Source: Wigglesworthia glossinidia endosymbiont of Glossina morsitans morsitans (Yale colony)
GTDB lineage: Bacteria > Pseudomonadota > Gammaproteobacteria > Enterobacterales > Enterobacteriaceae
Length of the DNA: 32,000 nucleotides
Assembly: GCF_000247565.1 (NCBI RefSeq)
Contig: NC_016893.1
Coordinates: 180,001-212,000, forward strand
Reading direction: 5' to 3'
In this document: positions 1 through 10,111 of the stretch, piece after piece
Layout of the letters: each line of letters starts with the position of its first letter
Position numbering within the stretch: the first letter of the stretch is position 1
Made by a program: the position numbers and the translations under genes
Notes under the pieces: generated by a model
Told to the model about the DNA's origin: nothing
Seen by the model: the letters and a program-made list of their open reading frames with translations, nothing else
The model's database searches: none

Positions 1-787
1 TGTTGATTTTCAAATTTTCCGGTAATTTCTTAATAACATTTTGAGCTTCTTCTAATGAAGAATATGTGCCTGAAACTAACAAATACTGATATTTACTATT
101 TTTAGAAATTTTATGAATCCAATAAGGATTTAGTTTATTATTTTTTGCATAATTTTTTATTGCTTGCAAATTAGATGAGCTACTAAATTGTATTGTATAG
201 TAATTATCCGGAGTTGTTTGTAAAAAATTTTTTTCAGAAGTATTTTTCTTCAAATCATTTATGTGTAATGACGAGCTGTGACTGATTTTATTTAAATTAG
301 AATCATGAGGGGCAACTATATTTTGTTGAGAATTTAATTTTTTATTAATTTCATCTGTACTATGGTGCGTTTTATTATTACTTGATATTACAGATTTTTT
401 ATGATTTGATATTGCAAGATTGCTATCATGCGAATTTTTATGATTCGTTTCTTTTAATTCTTCTTGAACGTCAGAATAAAGCTTATTTTCTTTGTTATTA
501 GAAAATAAATCATCATCTTTTTTAAGATCATTTATGTTTTCTTTATTTTCTTTATTTTTCTGTTCGATAATCATAATTTCTTGGGTGACATCTGATTTTT
601 TAGATAGACGTTTTAAAATTATTCCCATAATTACTATTAATGATATAGAAATAATACTAGCGATAATCATAAATTTATTTTTATTTAGTAATTTTTTATT
701 GTCTGCATAATTTTTACGTGAAATATAGGAAGTTCGATTATTTTGGTTATTTGATTTTAATGTAGTATCAGTAATTTTATGATTCAT
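1..787 (-). CDS. damX: DamX-like cell-division protein with C-terminal SPOR domain (partial; 3' end beyond the window start)
   Basis: Not in the ORF track. Manual translation from ATG at 785-787 is open to the window edge (about 262 codons): MNHKITDTTLKSNNQNNRTSY...KFMIIASIISISLIVIMGIIL (single TM)... Asn/Ser/Lys-rich linker ...DNYYTIQFSSSSNLQAIKNYAKNNKLNPYWIHKISKNSKYQYLLVSGTYSSLEEAQNVIKKLPENLKIN, which resembles the DamX SPOR domain ([20 protein letters not shown]...[23 protein letters not shown]). Located next to aroB, as in E. coli aroK-aroB-damX. Confidence 0.88.
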   Translation of the reverse strand, partial: MNHKITDTTLKSNNQNNRTSYISRKNYADNKKLLNKNKFMIIASIISISLIVIMGIILKRLSKKSDVTQEIMIIEQKNKENKENINDLKKDDDLFSNNKENKLYSDVQEELKETNHKNSHDSNLAISNHKKSVISSNNKTHHSTDEINKKLNSQQNIVAPHDSNLNKISHSSSLHINDLKKNTSEKNFLQTTPDNYYTIQFSSSSNLQAIKNYAKNNKLNPYWIHKISKNSKYQYLLVSGTYSSLEEAQNVIKKLPENLKIN

Positions 788-836
788 ATTATCATTGCCT
801 ATTATCAAAAATTATTAATATTATTTAGATTTAATC

Positions 837-1934
837 TTAATTTTGAATATGACATTGTTGTATGGCAGATCGAATAAATGATGTTTCTATATTTTTTTTA
901 ATTGTTGATTTTCCTATTGACCGTATTATAATTTCTGTAAATCCAGAATCTATATCATTTTGTTTTTTATCATATTTTATTAAATTAATATAGTCTTCGG
1001 GAGACATATTTTTTGGTCCATGAATTGGCAATTTTGCTTTAATTAAAATGTTTTGAATTCTTTTAATAGTAAAATTGTCAATATTTGAAAAATATTTAGA
1101 TAAATATATAGATATCATCATTCCTGCTGAAATCGCTTGACCGTGCGACCAGTTCCCATATCCAACAAAGTTCTCAATAGCATGCCCATATGTATGACCA
1201 AAATTCAATATCATTCGCGTTTTTAGGTCATATATATCTTTTGATATTATTTCAGATTTTAATTTACAACATTTATATATACAGTTTTGTAATGTTTTTG
1301 TCTCTAAATTAATTATTTTTTTTATATTTTTTTCTAACCAATAAAAAAATTTTAGATTTAATGTAATTCCATATTTAATAACTTCTGATAATCCTGAAAA
1401 AATTTCTTTTTTTGGTAGTGTATATAAAAATGTAGGATCAATTCCGACAGCTATCGGATGATAAAATGATCCGATCATGTTTTTACCAAATAAATGATTA
1501 ATTCCTGTTTTTCCTCCTATAGAAGAATCTACTTGAGACAATAAAGTTGTTGGAATTTGTATTATTGGAATACCTCTTTGGTAAATAGAGGCAACAAATC
1601 CTGACAAATCTCCAATTACACCGCCTCCTATTGCAATAAGAATTGTATTTCTATTACATTGGTGTTTTAATAGAATGGATATAATTTTTTTTACAGTATT
1701 AAATGATTTTTTATGTTCTCCAGATGAAAGAATTATATGTTGATATTTAAAACATAATTTTAAAAAAAAAGATTTTATTTTTTTTAAATATAATCGTGCT
1801 ATGTTAGTATCCGTTATCACTACAATATTACGAGTATATATCAAAGGGTAAAAAAAAGATTTTTTTTTGAATAAGTTTTTACTAATTACGATAGAATAAT
1901 TATTTCTTTGAGACAGAATACTTATTTTTTTCAT
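837..1934 (-). CDS. aroB: 3-dehydroquinate synthase
   Basis: 365 aa ORF with DHQ synthase motifs (GGGVIGDLSGFVASIYQRGI, TTLLSQVDSSIGGKTGIN, ILNFGHTYGHAIE). Confidence 0.96.
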   Translation of the reverse strand: MKKISILSQRNNYSIVISKNLFKKKSFFYPLIYTRNIVVITDTNIARLYLKKIKSFFLKLCFKYQHIILSSGEHKKSFNTVKKIISILLKHQCNRNTILIAIGGGVIGDLSGFVASIYQRGIPIIQIPTTLLSQVDSSIGGKTGINHLFGKNMIGSFYHPIAVGIDPTFLYTLPKKEIFSGLSEVIKYGITLNLKFFYWLEKNIKKIINLETKTLQNCIYKCCKLKSEIISKDIYDLKTRMILNFGHTYGHAIENFVGYGNWSHGQAISAGMMISIYLSKYFSNIDNFTIKRIQNILIKAKLPIHGPKNMSPEDYINLIKYDKKQNDIDSGFTEIIIRSIGKSTIKKNIETSFIRSAIQQCHIQN

Positions 1935-1950
1935 TTTTTATAAATTATTA

Positions 1951-2472
1951 TTAATTATTAAATAATGTATTAATAATGTTATTTACCACAATTTTTGCGC
2001 TATAGGAGTTAGTTTTTATAATAAAATCTGCAATTTCTGTATATAATGGATTTCTTTCTTTTGCTAAATTTTCTAAAAATAGTCTAGAAGGATTTTTTGT
2101 CAATAATAGTGGGCGATTTCTATCTTTTTTTGTTCTATCAAGTTGTTTATCGATGGTAGTTTCTAGATATACTACTAATCCTCTAGCAGAGAGTCGGTTT
2201 CTTGTTTTTTTAGATTGAATAGATCCTCCGCCTGTTGCTAGTACTATACCTTGTTTTTCGGTAATTTCTTTAATGATATTTTCTTCTCGAATACGAAATT
2301 TATCTTCTCCTTCAACATCGAATACCCAGGAAATATCTGCTCCAGTTCTTTTTTCTATTTCATAATCAGAATCAAAGAATTCCATATGAAGTTTTTGAGA
2401 TAATAGGCGTCCTATTGTGCTTTTTCCGGCGCCCATAGGGCCAATTAAAAAAATATTTCTTTTTTCTGCCAT
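1951..2472 (-). CDS. aroK: shikimate kinase I
   Basis: 173 aa; [20 protein letters not shown]-loop, [16 protein letters not shown](S) motif; directly upstream of aroB. Confidence 0.96.
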   Translation of the reverse strand: MAEKRNIFLIGPMGAGKSTIGRLLSQKLHMEFFDSDYEIEKRTGADISWVFDVEGEDKFRIREENIIKEITEKQGIVLATGGGSIQSKKTRNRLSARGLVVYLETTIDKQLDRTKKDRNRPLLLTKNPSRLFLENLAKERNPLYTEIADFIIKTNSYSAKIVVNNIINTLFNN

Positions 2473-2869
2473 ATTTTAACAAAAAAATAAATCTTTAATT
2501 AATAATTGTTGGTTAATAGAAATTTTTTTGATACATATGTAAGTTTTTTAAAAAAATTTACAAGTTTTGATAAATATATTAACATAATTAGCATAAAAAA
2601 AATTATTTTAATTTATCTATAAAATATAGTCTATTTAAGTTTTTTACGATATAAATTTTAAAATTAATTTAATTAAATAATTTTTATAATTATATTAATC
2701 TTTGAATTTAGACTTGTATTTTTTTTAAAAAATATTTTTATTTCTATAAAGTTATTTTAAATTTATTATATTATTATAAAATAATAATATCAAATTTATT
2801 TGATTCAACGCATAATTTTTTATTAAAACTAGTATTTTAAATTTATTATAAATTTTAGGAAAATACATA

Positions 2870-4486
2870 ATGCAAATAGACAAAATTGCGAATAATCTGA
2901 AAATACACGGAATTAATAAATATGTTGAAATTATTTATAATCCAACGTTTGAAAAATTATTTGAAGAAGAAACTAATCATAATTTAGATGGATTAGAAAG
3001 CTGCACTATAACAAAATTTGGCGCTATTTCAGTAGACACAGGAGAATTTACTGGAAGATCACCAAAAGATAAATATTTTGTACGAGATTCTAACACAATA
3101 AATAAAATTTGGTGGTCAGATCATCCTAAACATCAAAGTCATAATTATCCGATTTCCGAAGACGTATGGAATTCATTATATGAAATTGTTATCAATAAAC
3201 TTAAAAATCAACGTTTATTTGTAATAGATGCTTTTTGTGGTGCAACTATACCAAATAGATTGAAAATACGTTTTATTACTGATATTGCATGGCAAGCTCA
3301 TTTTGTTAAAAATATGTTTATCCGTCCTATTTTTTCAGAAATATCAAATTTTTGTCAAGATTTTACTATACTAAGCGCTCCTAAAGCCGTAAATATGAAT
3401 TGGAAAAAGCAAAAATTAAATTCAGAAAATTTCATTGCAATTAATTTAACTAAACGTATTTTATTAATTGGAGGTACTTGGTACGGAGGGGAAATAAAAA
3501 AAGGTTTGTTTTCGGTGATGAATTACATTTTACCACTCAAACAAGTAGCATCTATGCATTGTGCATCTAATGTAGGCATTAAAAACGATGTAGCTTTATT
3601 TTTCGGTTTATCTGGTACAGGCAAAACTACTTTATCTACCGATTCCAAACGTTTTTTAATAGGTGACGATGAACATGGATGGGACGCAAACGGAATTTTT
3701 AATTTTGAAGGAGGATGTTATGCAAAAACAATTAACTTATCTAAAGAAAAAGAACCAGAAATTTATGGCGCTATTAAAAAAAATGCATTATTAGAAAACG
3801 TCGTAGTTTTTCCTGACAAAACAGTAAATTTTGAAGATAGTAGTAAAACAGAAAATACTCGAGTATCATATCCTATATATCATATAAAAAATATCGTGCA
3901 ACCTATTTCTAGTTCGGGTCATGCAAGTTACATAATTTTTTTAACTGCTGATGCTTTTGGAGTACTTCCATGCGTATCCATGCTATCTAAAAAACAAGGA
4001 TTATATCATTTTTTATCTGGTTTTACCTCTAAAATATCAGGGACTGAACGAGGAATTGTTGATCCTGAACCAACCTTTTCATCATGCTTCGGAGAAGCTT
4101 TTTTATCATTATACCCTACCGTTTACGCTGAAGTTTTGTTTAAATACATTAAAAGTGCACATTCTAAAATATTTTTAATAAATACAGGGTGGAATGGCTA
4201 TGGTATTCGATATTCTTTAAAAAATACTCGAAAAATTATAAAAAATATTCTAGACGGATCTTTAAATTCATGCGTAACATACAATTTACCAATTTTTAAT
4301 TTAAAAATTCCTCAAAATATTCAAGGCATCAATCCAAAAGATTTAGATCCACGTTTTTCTTTTAAATCTCATCAAGAATGGGATATTAAAGCTAAAAAAT
4401 TAGCAAAAAAATTTGTTTCTAATTTTTGCAAATTTGAGCATACAGATTTAGGAAAAATTTTAGTACCATTCGGTCCTCAATATTAA
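2870..4486 (+). CDS. pckA: phosphoenolpyruvate carboxykinase (ATP)
   Basis: 538 aa, full length, colinear with E. coli PckA; [41 protein letters not shown] motifs present. Confidence 0.97.
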   Translation: MQIDKIANNLKIHGINKYVEIIYNPTFEKLFEEETNHNLDGLESCTITKFGAISVDTGEFTGRSPKDKYFVRDSNTINKIWWSDHPKHQSHNYPISEDVWNSLYEIVINKLKNQRLFVIDAFCGATIPNRLKIRFITDIAWQAHFVKNMFIRPIFSEISNFCQDFTILSAPKAVNMNWKKQKLNSENFIAINLTKRILLIGGTWYGGEIKKGLFSVMNYILPLKQVASMHCASNVGIKNDVALFFGLSGTGKTTLSTDSKRFLIGDDEHGWDANGIFNFEGGCYAKTINLSKEKEPEIYGAIKKNALLENVVVFPDKTVNFEDSSKTENTRVSYPIYHIKNIVQPISSSGHASYIIFLTADAFGVLPCVSMLSKKQGLYHFLSGFTSKISGTERGIVDPEPTFSSCFGEAFLSLYPTVYAEVLFKYIKSAHSKIFLINTGWNGYGIRYSLKNTRKIIKNILDGSLNSCVTYNLPIFNLKIPQNIQGINPKDLDPRFSFKSHQEWDIKAKKLAKKFVSNFCKFEHTDLGKILVPFGPQY

Positions 4487-4527
4487 TATATAACAGAATA
4501 TTTAAAAATCTAAAATTTTAAAAAAAA

Positions 4528-5900
4528 TTATTTATCAATAAATTTTATTTTTAATTTGCTTCCAGTTAACTGAAGCTGTTGAATGAAATAATTTTTTAAA
4601 TAAGTAATATAATTAATCGATAAATATTTAGTTTTACTACCGTGTATAACAAGAATTAAAGGATTACATCCACCAACATGTGCATATTTTAATTTTATTT
4701 TTTTATATTTTACAATAGGAATCTGTTTTTTAACGAGTGCTTGATATAATATACGAGTTAGTTGCGATGTTTTAAAGAAAGATGTTCGGCTTTTATAAGT
4801 TCTATCTACGGATTTAATTAAATTATTTATTCCATAAGATTTTTTCGCTGATATACAGCGTATTTCGACAGATTTAAAAAAAGTAATTCGGCGCTGTATA
4901 TTTTGTTTAATTTTTAAATAATGATTTTTAGAAATTAAATCATACTTATTAATTGCGATTATTAAAGATTTACAATTATCTATAACTATTTTTAATAGGC
5001 AAAGATCTTGTTTTGTAATACCAATAAATGGATCAATTATTAATAATACAATGTCTATTTTTTTAATGATATTAAATGTTTTTTCTAAAATTAATTTTTC
5101 TATATTTTTTAATTTATTTTTTTTAGATATTCCTGCGGTGTCAATAAATAAATAACTTTTTTTTTTCTTGTGCACATTGCACACAAGCTATCTCTTGTAG
5201 TACCTGCAATGTTTGATACAGATGCTCTTTGTGCATTTAATAAAGAATTCATTAAAGTAGATTTTCCAGAATTTGGACGTCCAAGAATAATTATTTTAGG
5301 TAAATTAAAATACTTTTTTTTCACATCAAAAATATTTTGTTCAGTATTATAATCATAATTTTTTTTATTTTTATTTTTTTCAGTGCTTGATTTAATTAAA
5401 AAATATTCTGGATATAAAATAAGATTAAATAATTTATTTATTTCTAATTTTTTTTTACAATTTATTAAATAAACTTGATTCTGAATTCCAAGAAAATTAA
5501 TTTTTTTTAAAATTTCATTTTCATATTTTAAAAAACTTAAATTAATAATAACGAAAAACTTTTTTTTAATTTTTTTTAAAAAATGTATAGTTTGCAAAAA
5601 ATTATCAAAAGTAGTGTTAAATTCATATTTAATAATAAAAAAAATAATATGTGATTCTTGAATTGCAAGCACAGATTGTTTATTAAATTTATATTTTTTT
5701 GAAAAAAAATCTCCCGAATCTATTGCAGGAGTATCAATAAAAATGAAATTACATTTTTTTCGCGTACAAACGGCGTACTGACGATCACGTGTAAAATTTG
5801 GAATGCTAGAAATTAATGCAATATTTTTTTGTATCAATTGATTAAAAGTAGTAGATTTTCCCGAATTTTCTTTTCCAATTAAAGCAATAATAAGATTCAT
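4528..5900 (-). CDS. der: GTPase Der (EngA), reading frame interrupted in a poly-A tract; ORFs 5109..5900 (N-terminal) and 4528..5184 (C-terminal)
   Basis: N-terminal ORF covers G domain 1 and the start of G domain 2 (GRPNSGKSTLMNSL...GTTRDSLCAMCTRKKK). C-terminal ORF resumes at KKKKSYLFIDTAGISKK and includes INKYD and the KH-like domain (KLKYAHVGGCNPLILVIHG). The frames are offset at a 10-A run (T10 on + strand at 5157-5166). Adding one A gives 1374 nt, i.e. 457 aa plus stop. Confidence 0.93.
5157..5166 (-). repeat. 10-nt homopolymer (T10 on + strand; A10 in der mRNA sense) at the frameshift point
   Basis: Direct count: ...aataac tttttttttt cttgtgcac..., and both overlapping ORFs translate through it in different frames. 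Confidence 0.93.
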
Positions 5901-5935
5901 ATTATACCATTAGTTTAAGTATACAATTTTAATTT

Positions 5936-7126
5936 TTATAGATTAAAAGAATATATTTTCCCAGATTTTGCAATTATTAGTAAGTAATTTTTAAATATAT
6001 TCATAAAAAATATATTTCCTGATATATTAATTTTTTCTTTTTTTATATACTTTCTATTATTAATATTAATTTGATATACGTATTTATTTTGATCTAAAAA
6101 AATGAAATATTTATGATATATAGCAAAATGCCTATAATTAGGTCGAATTAGTTTTTGATTATAAATCCATACATTTTCTCCAGTATGTAAATTTATAGCG
6201 ATGATTTTATAGTATTGATCTATTGCATATAAATTATTTTTATCATATAAAATTTTAGATATATATATAGATTTGTTTATCCATAGTATTTTTCCTGATT
6301 CTGAATTTAAACAAAACAAATATCCATTTTTTGAAATAACATAAATTTTATTATCTAAAACAATTACATCTTTTTTTTCATTTATACTATAAAATAAATT
6401 ATTTTTTTTATGGTCAATATAATTAATAGATTGTTCCCATATAGTTTCTCCATTATATACGGATAAAGCTATTACGTTTTTTTTATTATCTATTAAAATC
6501 ACTTTATCTGAAAAAATTTTTACAAAAAATATATCATATTTATATGTATTAAATACTTCATTATTTATTTTTTTTGTCCATTGTATACTGCCGTCTATTT
6601 CATTTAATGCTTGTAAAAACCCATTGTTAGTATAAATTATGAGTACTCCATAATTTGTTGATTGTGGTATAGACAATATTTTTCCTAAAGTTTTTTGTTT
6701 CCAAATTAATTTTCCATTATTTATATCTAAAGCATATATTATTCCATATTCAGATCCCATGTATATATAATTAATGTCACTTGAACTAACACCTATTCCT
6801 CCTGCAAGTTTTATATTTTTTTTATGTGGTATAAATAGATTGTTTAAATTTATTTCCCAAATTTTTGTTCCAGTATATATATTTATTGCTTTCACTGTGC
6901 CGGTATAATTTGCAAAAAATATTTTTTCATTTTTATTTGCTGGAATTAATTGAGAATATTTCATATTTTTGAAATCTAAAAAATTAGTCCAAGATTTTTT
7001 TATTTTATTTGTGTTAAAATTTTTCTGTAAAGATAAATCTTTTTTATGAATATAATTTATTTCAGAAGTAACATGAAAAAAATTTTCAGTGTTTAAGTTG
7101 TCCATAATTATATGACAAAATTTCAA
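5936..7126 (-). CDS. bamB: outer-membrane assembly factor BamB-like beta-propeller (YfgL); start may be TTG at 7124-7126 or ATG at 7103-7105
   Basis: 396 aa with PQQ/WD-like repeats (YIYMGSEYGIIYALDINNGKLIWKQKT, NGFLQALNEIDGSIQWTKK). Lies between der and yfgM as in E. coli. No lipobox or signal peptide visible. Confidence 0.88.
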   Translation of the reverse strand: MKFCHIIMDNLNTENFFHVTSEINYIHKKDLSLQKNFNTNKIKKSWTNFLDFKNMKYSQLIPANKNEKIFFANYTGTVKAINIYTGTKIWEINLNNLFIPHKKNIKLAGGIGVSSSDINYIYMGSEYGIIYALDINNGKLIWKQKTLGKILSIPQSTNYGVLIIYTNNGFLQALNEIDGSIQWTKKINNEVFNTYKYDIFFVKIFSDKVILIDNKKNVIALSVYNGETIWEQSINYIDHKKNNLFYSINEKKDVIVLDNKIYVISKNGYLFCLNSESGKILWINKSIYISKILYDKNNLYAIDQYYKIIAINLHTGENVWIYNQKLIRPNYRHFAIYHKYFIFLDQNKYVYQININNRKYIKKEKINISGNIFFMNIFKNYLLIIAKSGKIYSFNL

Positions 7127-7620
7127 GTTTTATGTGTTTTTTTAAAATGAACGTCGTGATTTAAAATGTAATGTGCTAACTCTTTCCATCCTGGACGGGT
7201 AATATTTTTTAAAATGTTTTCTGCATTTTCTATATCATTTTGTTGTAACATTAATCTTGCTTTTCTTAAAGCAATTAAAGATTTTAAATTTAAATCTTCT
7301 GCTAATAAAAAAGCCTTATTTAAATATACTAAAGCTTCTTCAAATTTATTGTTTTCTACATTTATTTTTGCAATCCCTAACAAAATAAATACAGTATAGT
7401 TGTTTTTATGTTCTTTTGCTGCGTAAAAATTTGTATATTCAGAATTTTCTAATTTTTTTTTCATATCTTTCCAAATTTGAAAAGATTGATATAGTTCGTC
7501 GTTTTTATTTCTTTGATACTTTTTATAAAAAAAAATAGAAATTAAAATGAATATAAAAAAAAATAATAAAATAAATATATTTTTTTTAAATATGTATTGA
7601 TTTATTTTAAATAAAGACAT
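7123..7620 (-). CDS. yfgM: YfgM-like TPR inner-membrane protein, C-terminally short
   Basis: 165 aa; N-terminal TM (NIFILLFFFIFILISIFFYKKY), then a region matching the YfgM TPR pattern (NNKFEEALVYLNKAFLLAEDLNLKSLIALRKARLMLQQNDIENAENILKNI...GW). Position hisS-yfgM-bamB. Confidence 0.8.
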   Translation of the reverse strand: MSLFKINQYIFKKNIFILLFFFIFILISIFFYKKYQRNKNDELYQSFQIWKDMKKKLENSEYTNFYAAKEHKNNYTVFILLGIAKINVENNKFEEALVYLNKAFLLAEDLNLKSLIALRKARLMLQQNDIENAENILKNITRPGWKELAHYILNHDVHFKKTHKT

Positions 7621-7632
7621 AATAAGTAATAT

Positions 7633-8928
7633 TTAATTTTTTAAATATTTTTTAATAATATTAATAATACGACTTTGATGCACAGTTTCTTGAATACCGC
7701 TATTTAAATATTTAATAGTAATATTATTTGCTTTTATTTCTTTTTTTCCTAAAATTAATGCAATTTTTGCATTTAATTTATTTGCAGTTTTTAATTTTTT
7801 TTTGCAATTTTTTTGACTAATATCTGTCATAATTTTTAATGTATACGACAAAGAGCTGCGTAAATGCTCTACAAATAATAGCATTTCTATTATTATATCG
7901 TGTGTAATAGTAATTACATATATATCTATATATTCTAAATCTTTTTTTATTTTTTTTTGTTTAAATTCAACTAATAATATGAGACGATCTAATCCGATAG
8001 CACAGCCTAATGCTGGTGTATGCATGCCACCAAGTTGTCTGACTAAATTATCGTATCTGCCTCCACTGCAAATAGCAATATTTGAATAGTTTAATATTTT
8101 TGGCATCCATTCAAATATAATATCATTATAGTAGTCTAATCCTCTAAATAAATTCGAATTAATTTTGTATGGTATATTTGATTTTTTTAATAATTTACAT
8201 AAATTTAAAAATTGATTTTTTGAATTTTCTCCGATGTAATTAAAAATTTTAGGAATTTTTAACGATTCTTCTTCTGTAAGATTAATTGCATTAATTATTT
8301 TTGAAGGATTACTATTGAAATCAAACTGAACTTTTATTTTGTTTTTTTCACTGTAAATAAAAATAAATTTTTTTAGATCTTTTAAATAATTTTCTCTTTC
8401 TTGAAAATTACCGATAGAATTTATTTCTAATATTAAATCTTGATCTATGTTAAGGTTTTTCCATATTCTTGAAGTAAGTAAAATTAATTCAAATTCTGCA
8501 CTGATATGATCAGATCCAAATATTTCTAAACCTATTTGGGAAAATTGTCTATATCTTCCCTTTTGAGGTCTTTCATAGCGAAACATAGGACCTATATACC
8601 ATAATTTATGTATACTATTATTGTGAAATAAATTATTATAAATTGCAGAACGCACACATCCTGCAGTTCCTTCTGGACGTAAAGCTAATCTACAAGAATT
8701 ACGATCTAAAAAAGTATACATCTCTTTTTTGACAACTATATTATTATTGCCAATTGCTCGAGAAAAAACTTGAGAATGTTCCAAAATAGGAAATCGTATT
8801 TCTTGATAATTATAATTAGAAATTATTTTTATAATTTTTTTTTCGATAAATCTCCACAGATTTGTTTGCTCTGGAAGAATATCTTTCATACCTCGTACGA
8901 TATGTGCTGTATTTTTTTTTATATGCAT
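7633..8928 (-). CDS. hisS: histidyl-tRNA synthetase
   Basis: 431 aa; class II aaRS motifs (VRGMKDILP, YTFLDRNSCRLALRPEGTAG, GGRYDNLVRQLGG, ALGCAIGLDRL). Confidence 0.96.
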   Translation of the reverse strand: MHIKKNTAHIVRGMKDILPEQTNLWRFIEKKIIKIISNYNYQEIRFPILEHSQVFSRAIGNNNIVVKKEMYTFLDRNSCRLALRPEGTAGCVRSAIYNNLFHNNSIHKLWYIGPMFRYERPQKGRYRQFSQIGLEIFGSDHISAEFELILLTSRIWKNLNIDQDLILEINSIGNFQERENYLKDLKKFIFIYSEKNKIKVQFDFNSNPSKIINAINLTEEESLKIPKIFNYIGENSKNQFLNLCKLLKKSNIPYKINSNLFRGLDYYNDIIFEWMPKILNYSNIAICSGGRYDNLVRQLGGMHTPALGCAIGLDRLILLVEFKQKKIKKDLEYIDIYVITITHDIIIEMLLFVEHLRSSLSYTLKIMTDISQKNCKKKLKTANKLNAKIALILGKKEIKANNITIKYLNSGIQETVHQSRIINIIKKYLKN

Positions 8929-8961
8929 CTATTTTTCTCGAAATCAAAATTAAAAAATTTT

Positions 8962-10044
8962 TTACAAATTTTTAGATTTTTTTCTAACATATTTTTCTAT
9001 TGTATCAATTATTTTTGAATTTTTAATTTTTGTTTTTTTTCTCACTCCATTTTCATATAGAATGCTTTTATTACGATATCCTGAAATTCCAATGTCTGAT
9101 TTTTCAGCTTCTCCGATTCCATTAACCATACAACCAATAATAGATACATCCATAGGAGTTGTAATGTCTTCTAATCTACTTTCCAAAGTATTAATTACTT
9201 TAATAACGTCAAATTCTTGACGTGAACAAGTGGGGCATGCTATAAAATTAATACCTCGTTTTCTGATGTTTAAAGCTTGTAAAATATGAAATCCTACTTT
9301 AATCTCATTAACAGGATCTGCAGCTAAAGAAACACGTAAAGTATCTCCTATACCGCTAAATAATAACAAACCAATTCCTATTGCCGATTTGACTGTGCCA
9401 TTTGTTAGACTGCCAGATTCTGTTATACCTAAATGCAATGGTTGTTCGATAGCAGATGCTAACAATTGATATGCCGAAATACAAGTTAATACATCTGAGG
9501 ATTTTACGCTGACTTTAAAATTATTGAAATCTAATTTTTCTAAAATGTTTACATGACGCATTGCAGACTCAAACAAAGCATGCGGATTTTTTATTCCATA
9601 TTTTTCTTGAATATCTTTTTCTAGTGAACCTGAATTTACACCAATACGAATAGGTATTTTTTTTTCTTTAGCAATATGGATTACAGATTGAATACGTTTT
9701 AAATTTCCAATGTTGCCTGGATTAATGCGTAAGCAATCCGCACCATATTCAGCTGATTTTAATGCAATTCGATAATCAAAATGTATGTCTGCTACTATTG
9801 GAGCTGTAACTTTTTGTTTGATTTTTTTAAATGCTTCTGCTGCTTCTAATGTAGGCACAGACACACGAATTATTTCTGCTCCAGCTTGTTGTAATTTATT
9901 AATTTGCTTGATAGTAGCTTTTACATTTGTTGTACAAGTATTTGTCATAGATTGTACAGAAATTGGAGCATCTCCTCCTATTGGAATATTTTTAATATAA
10001 ATTTTTTTTGATTTTCTACGTTTAATAGATATGGTTTGATTCAT
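8962..10044 (-). CDS. ispG: 4-hydroxy-3-methylbut-2-enyl diphosphate synthase (MEP pathway)
   Basis: 360 aa; [14 protein letters not shown], Fe-S cysteines in CPTCSRQ and GCMVNGIGE. Confidence 0.96.
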   Translation of the reverse strand: MNQTISIKRRKSKKIYIKNIPIGGDAPISVQSMTNTCTTNVKATIKQINKLQQAGAEIIRVSVPTLEAAEAFKKIKQKVTAPIVADIHFDYRIALKSAEYGADCLRINPGNIGNLKRIQSVIHIAKEKKIPIRIGVNSGSLEKDIQEKYGIKNPHALFESAMRHVNILEKLDFNNFKVSVKSSDVLTCISAYQLLASAIEQPLHLGITESGSLTNGTVKSAIGIGLLLFSGIGDTLRVSLAADPVNEIKVGFHILQALNIRKRGINFIACPTCSRQEFDVIKVINTLESRLEDITTPMDVSIIGCMVNGIGEAEKSDIGISGYRNKSILYENGVRKKTKIKNSKIIDTIEKYVRKKSKNL

Positions 10045-10111
10045 ATTAGTTCCATTATTATATAATATGCTAATAAAATAAATATATTATAATTAATTAA
10101 TTGTGTAATAT

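Noticed and set aside
492-710. + strand 72 aa hydrophobic ORF
   Set aside because: Antisense to the TM-encoding part of damX; the hydrophobicity is a by-product of AT-rich complementary codons.
3951-4178. + strand 75 aa ORF inside pckA
   Set aside because: Alternate frame within a fully conserved pckA; no independent support.
5170-5352. + strand 60 aa ORF over the der frameshift
   Set aside because: Antisense to der and spans its conserved GTPase motifs; no evidence of function.
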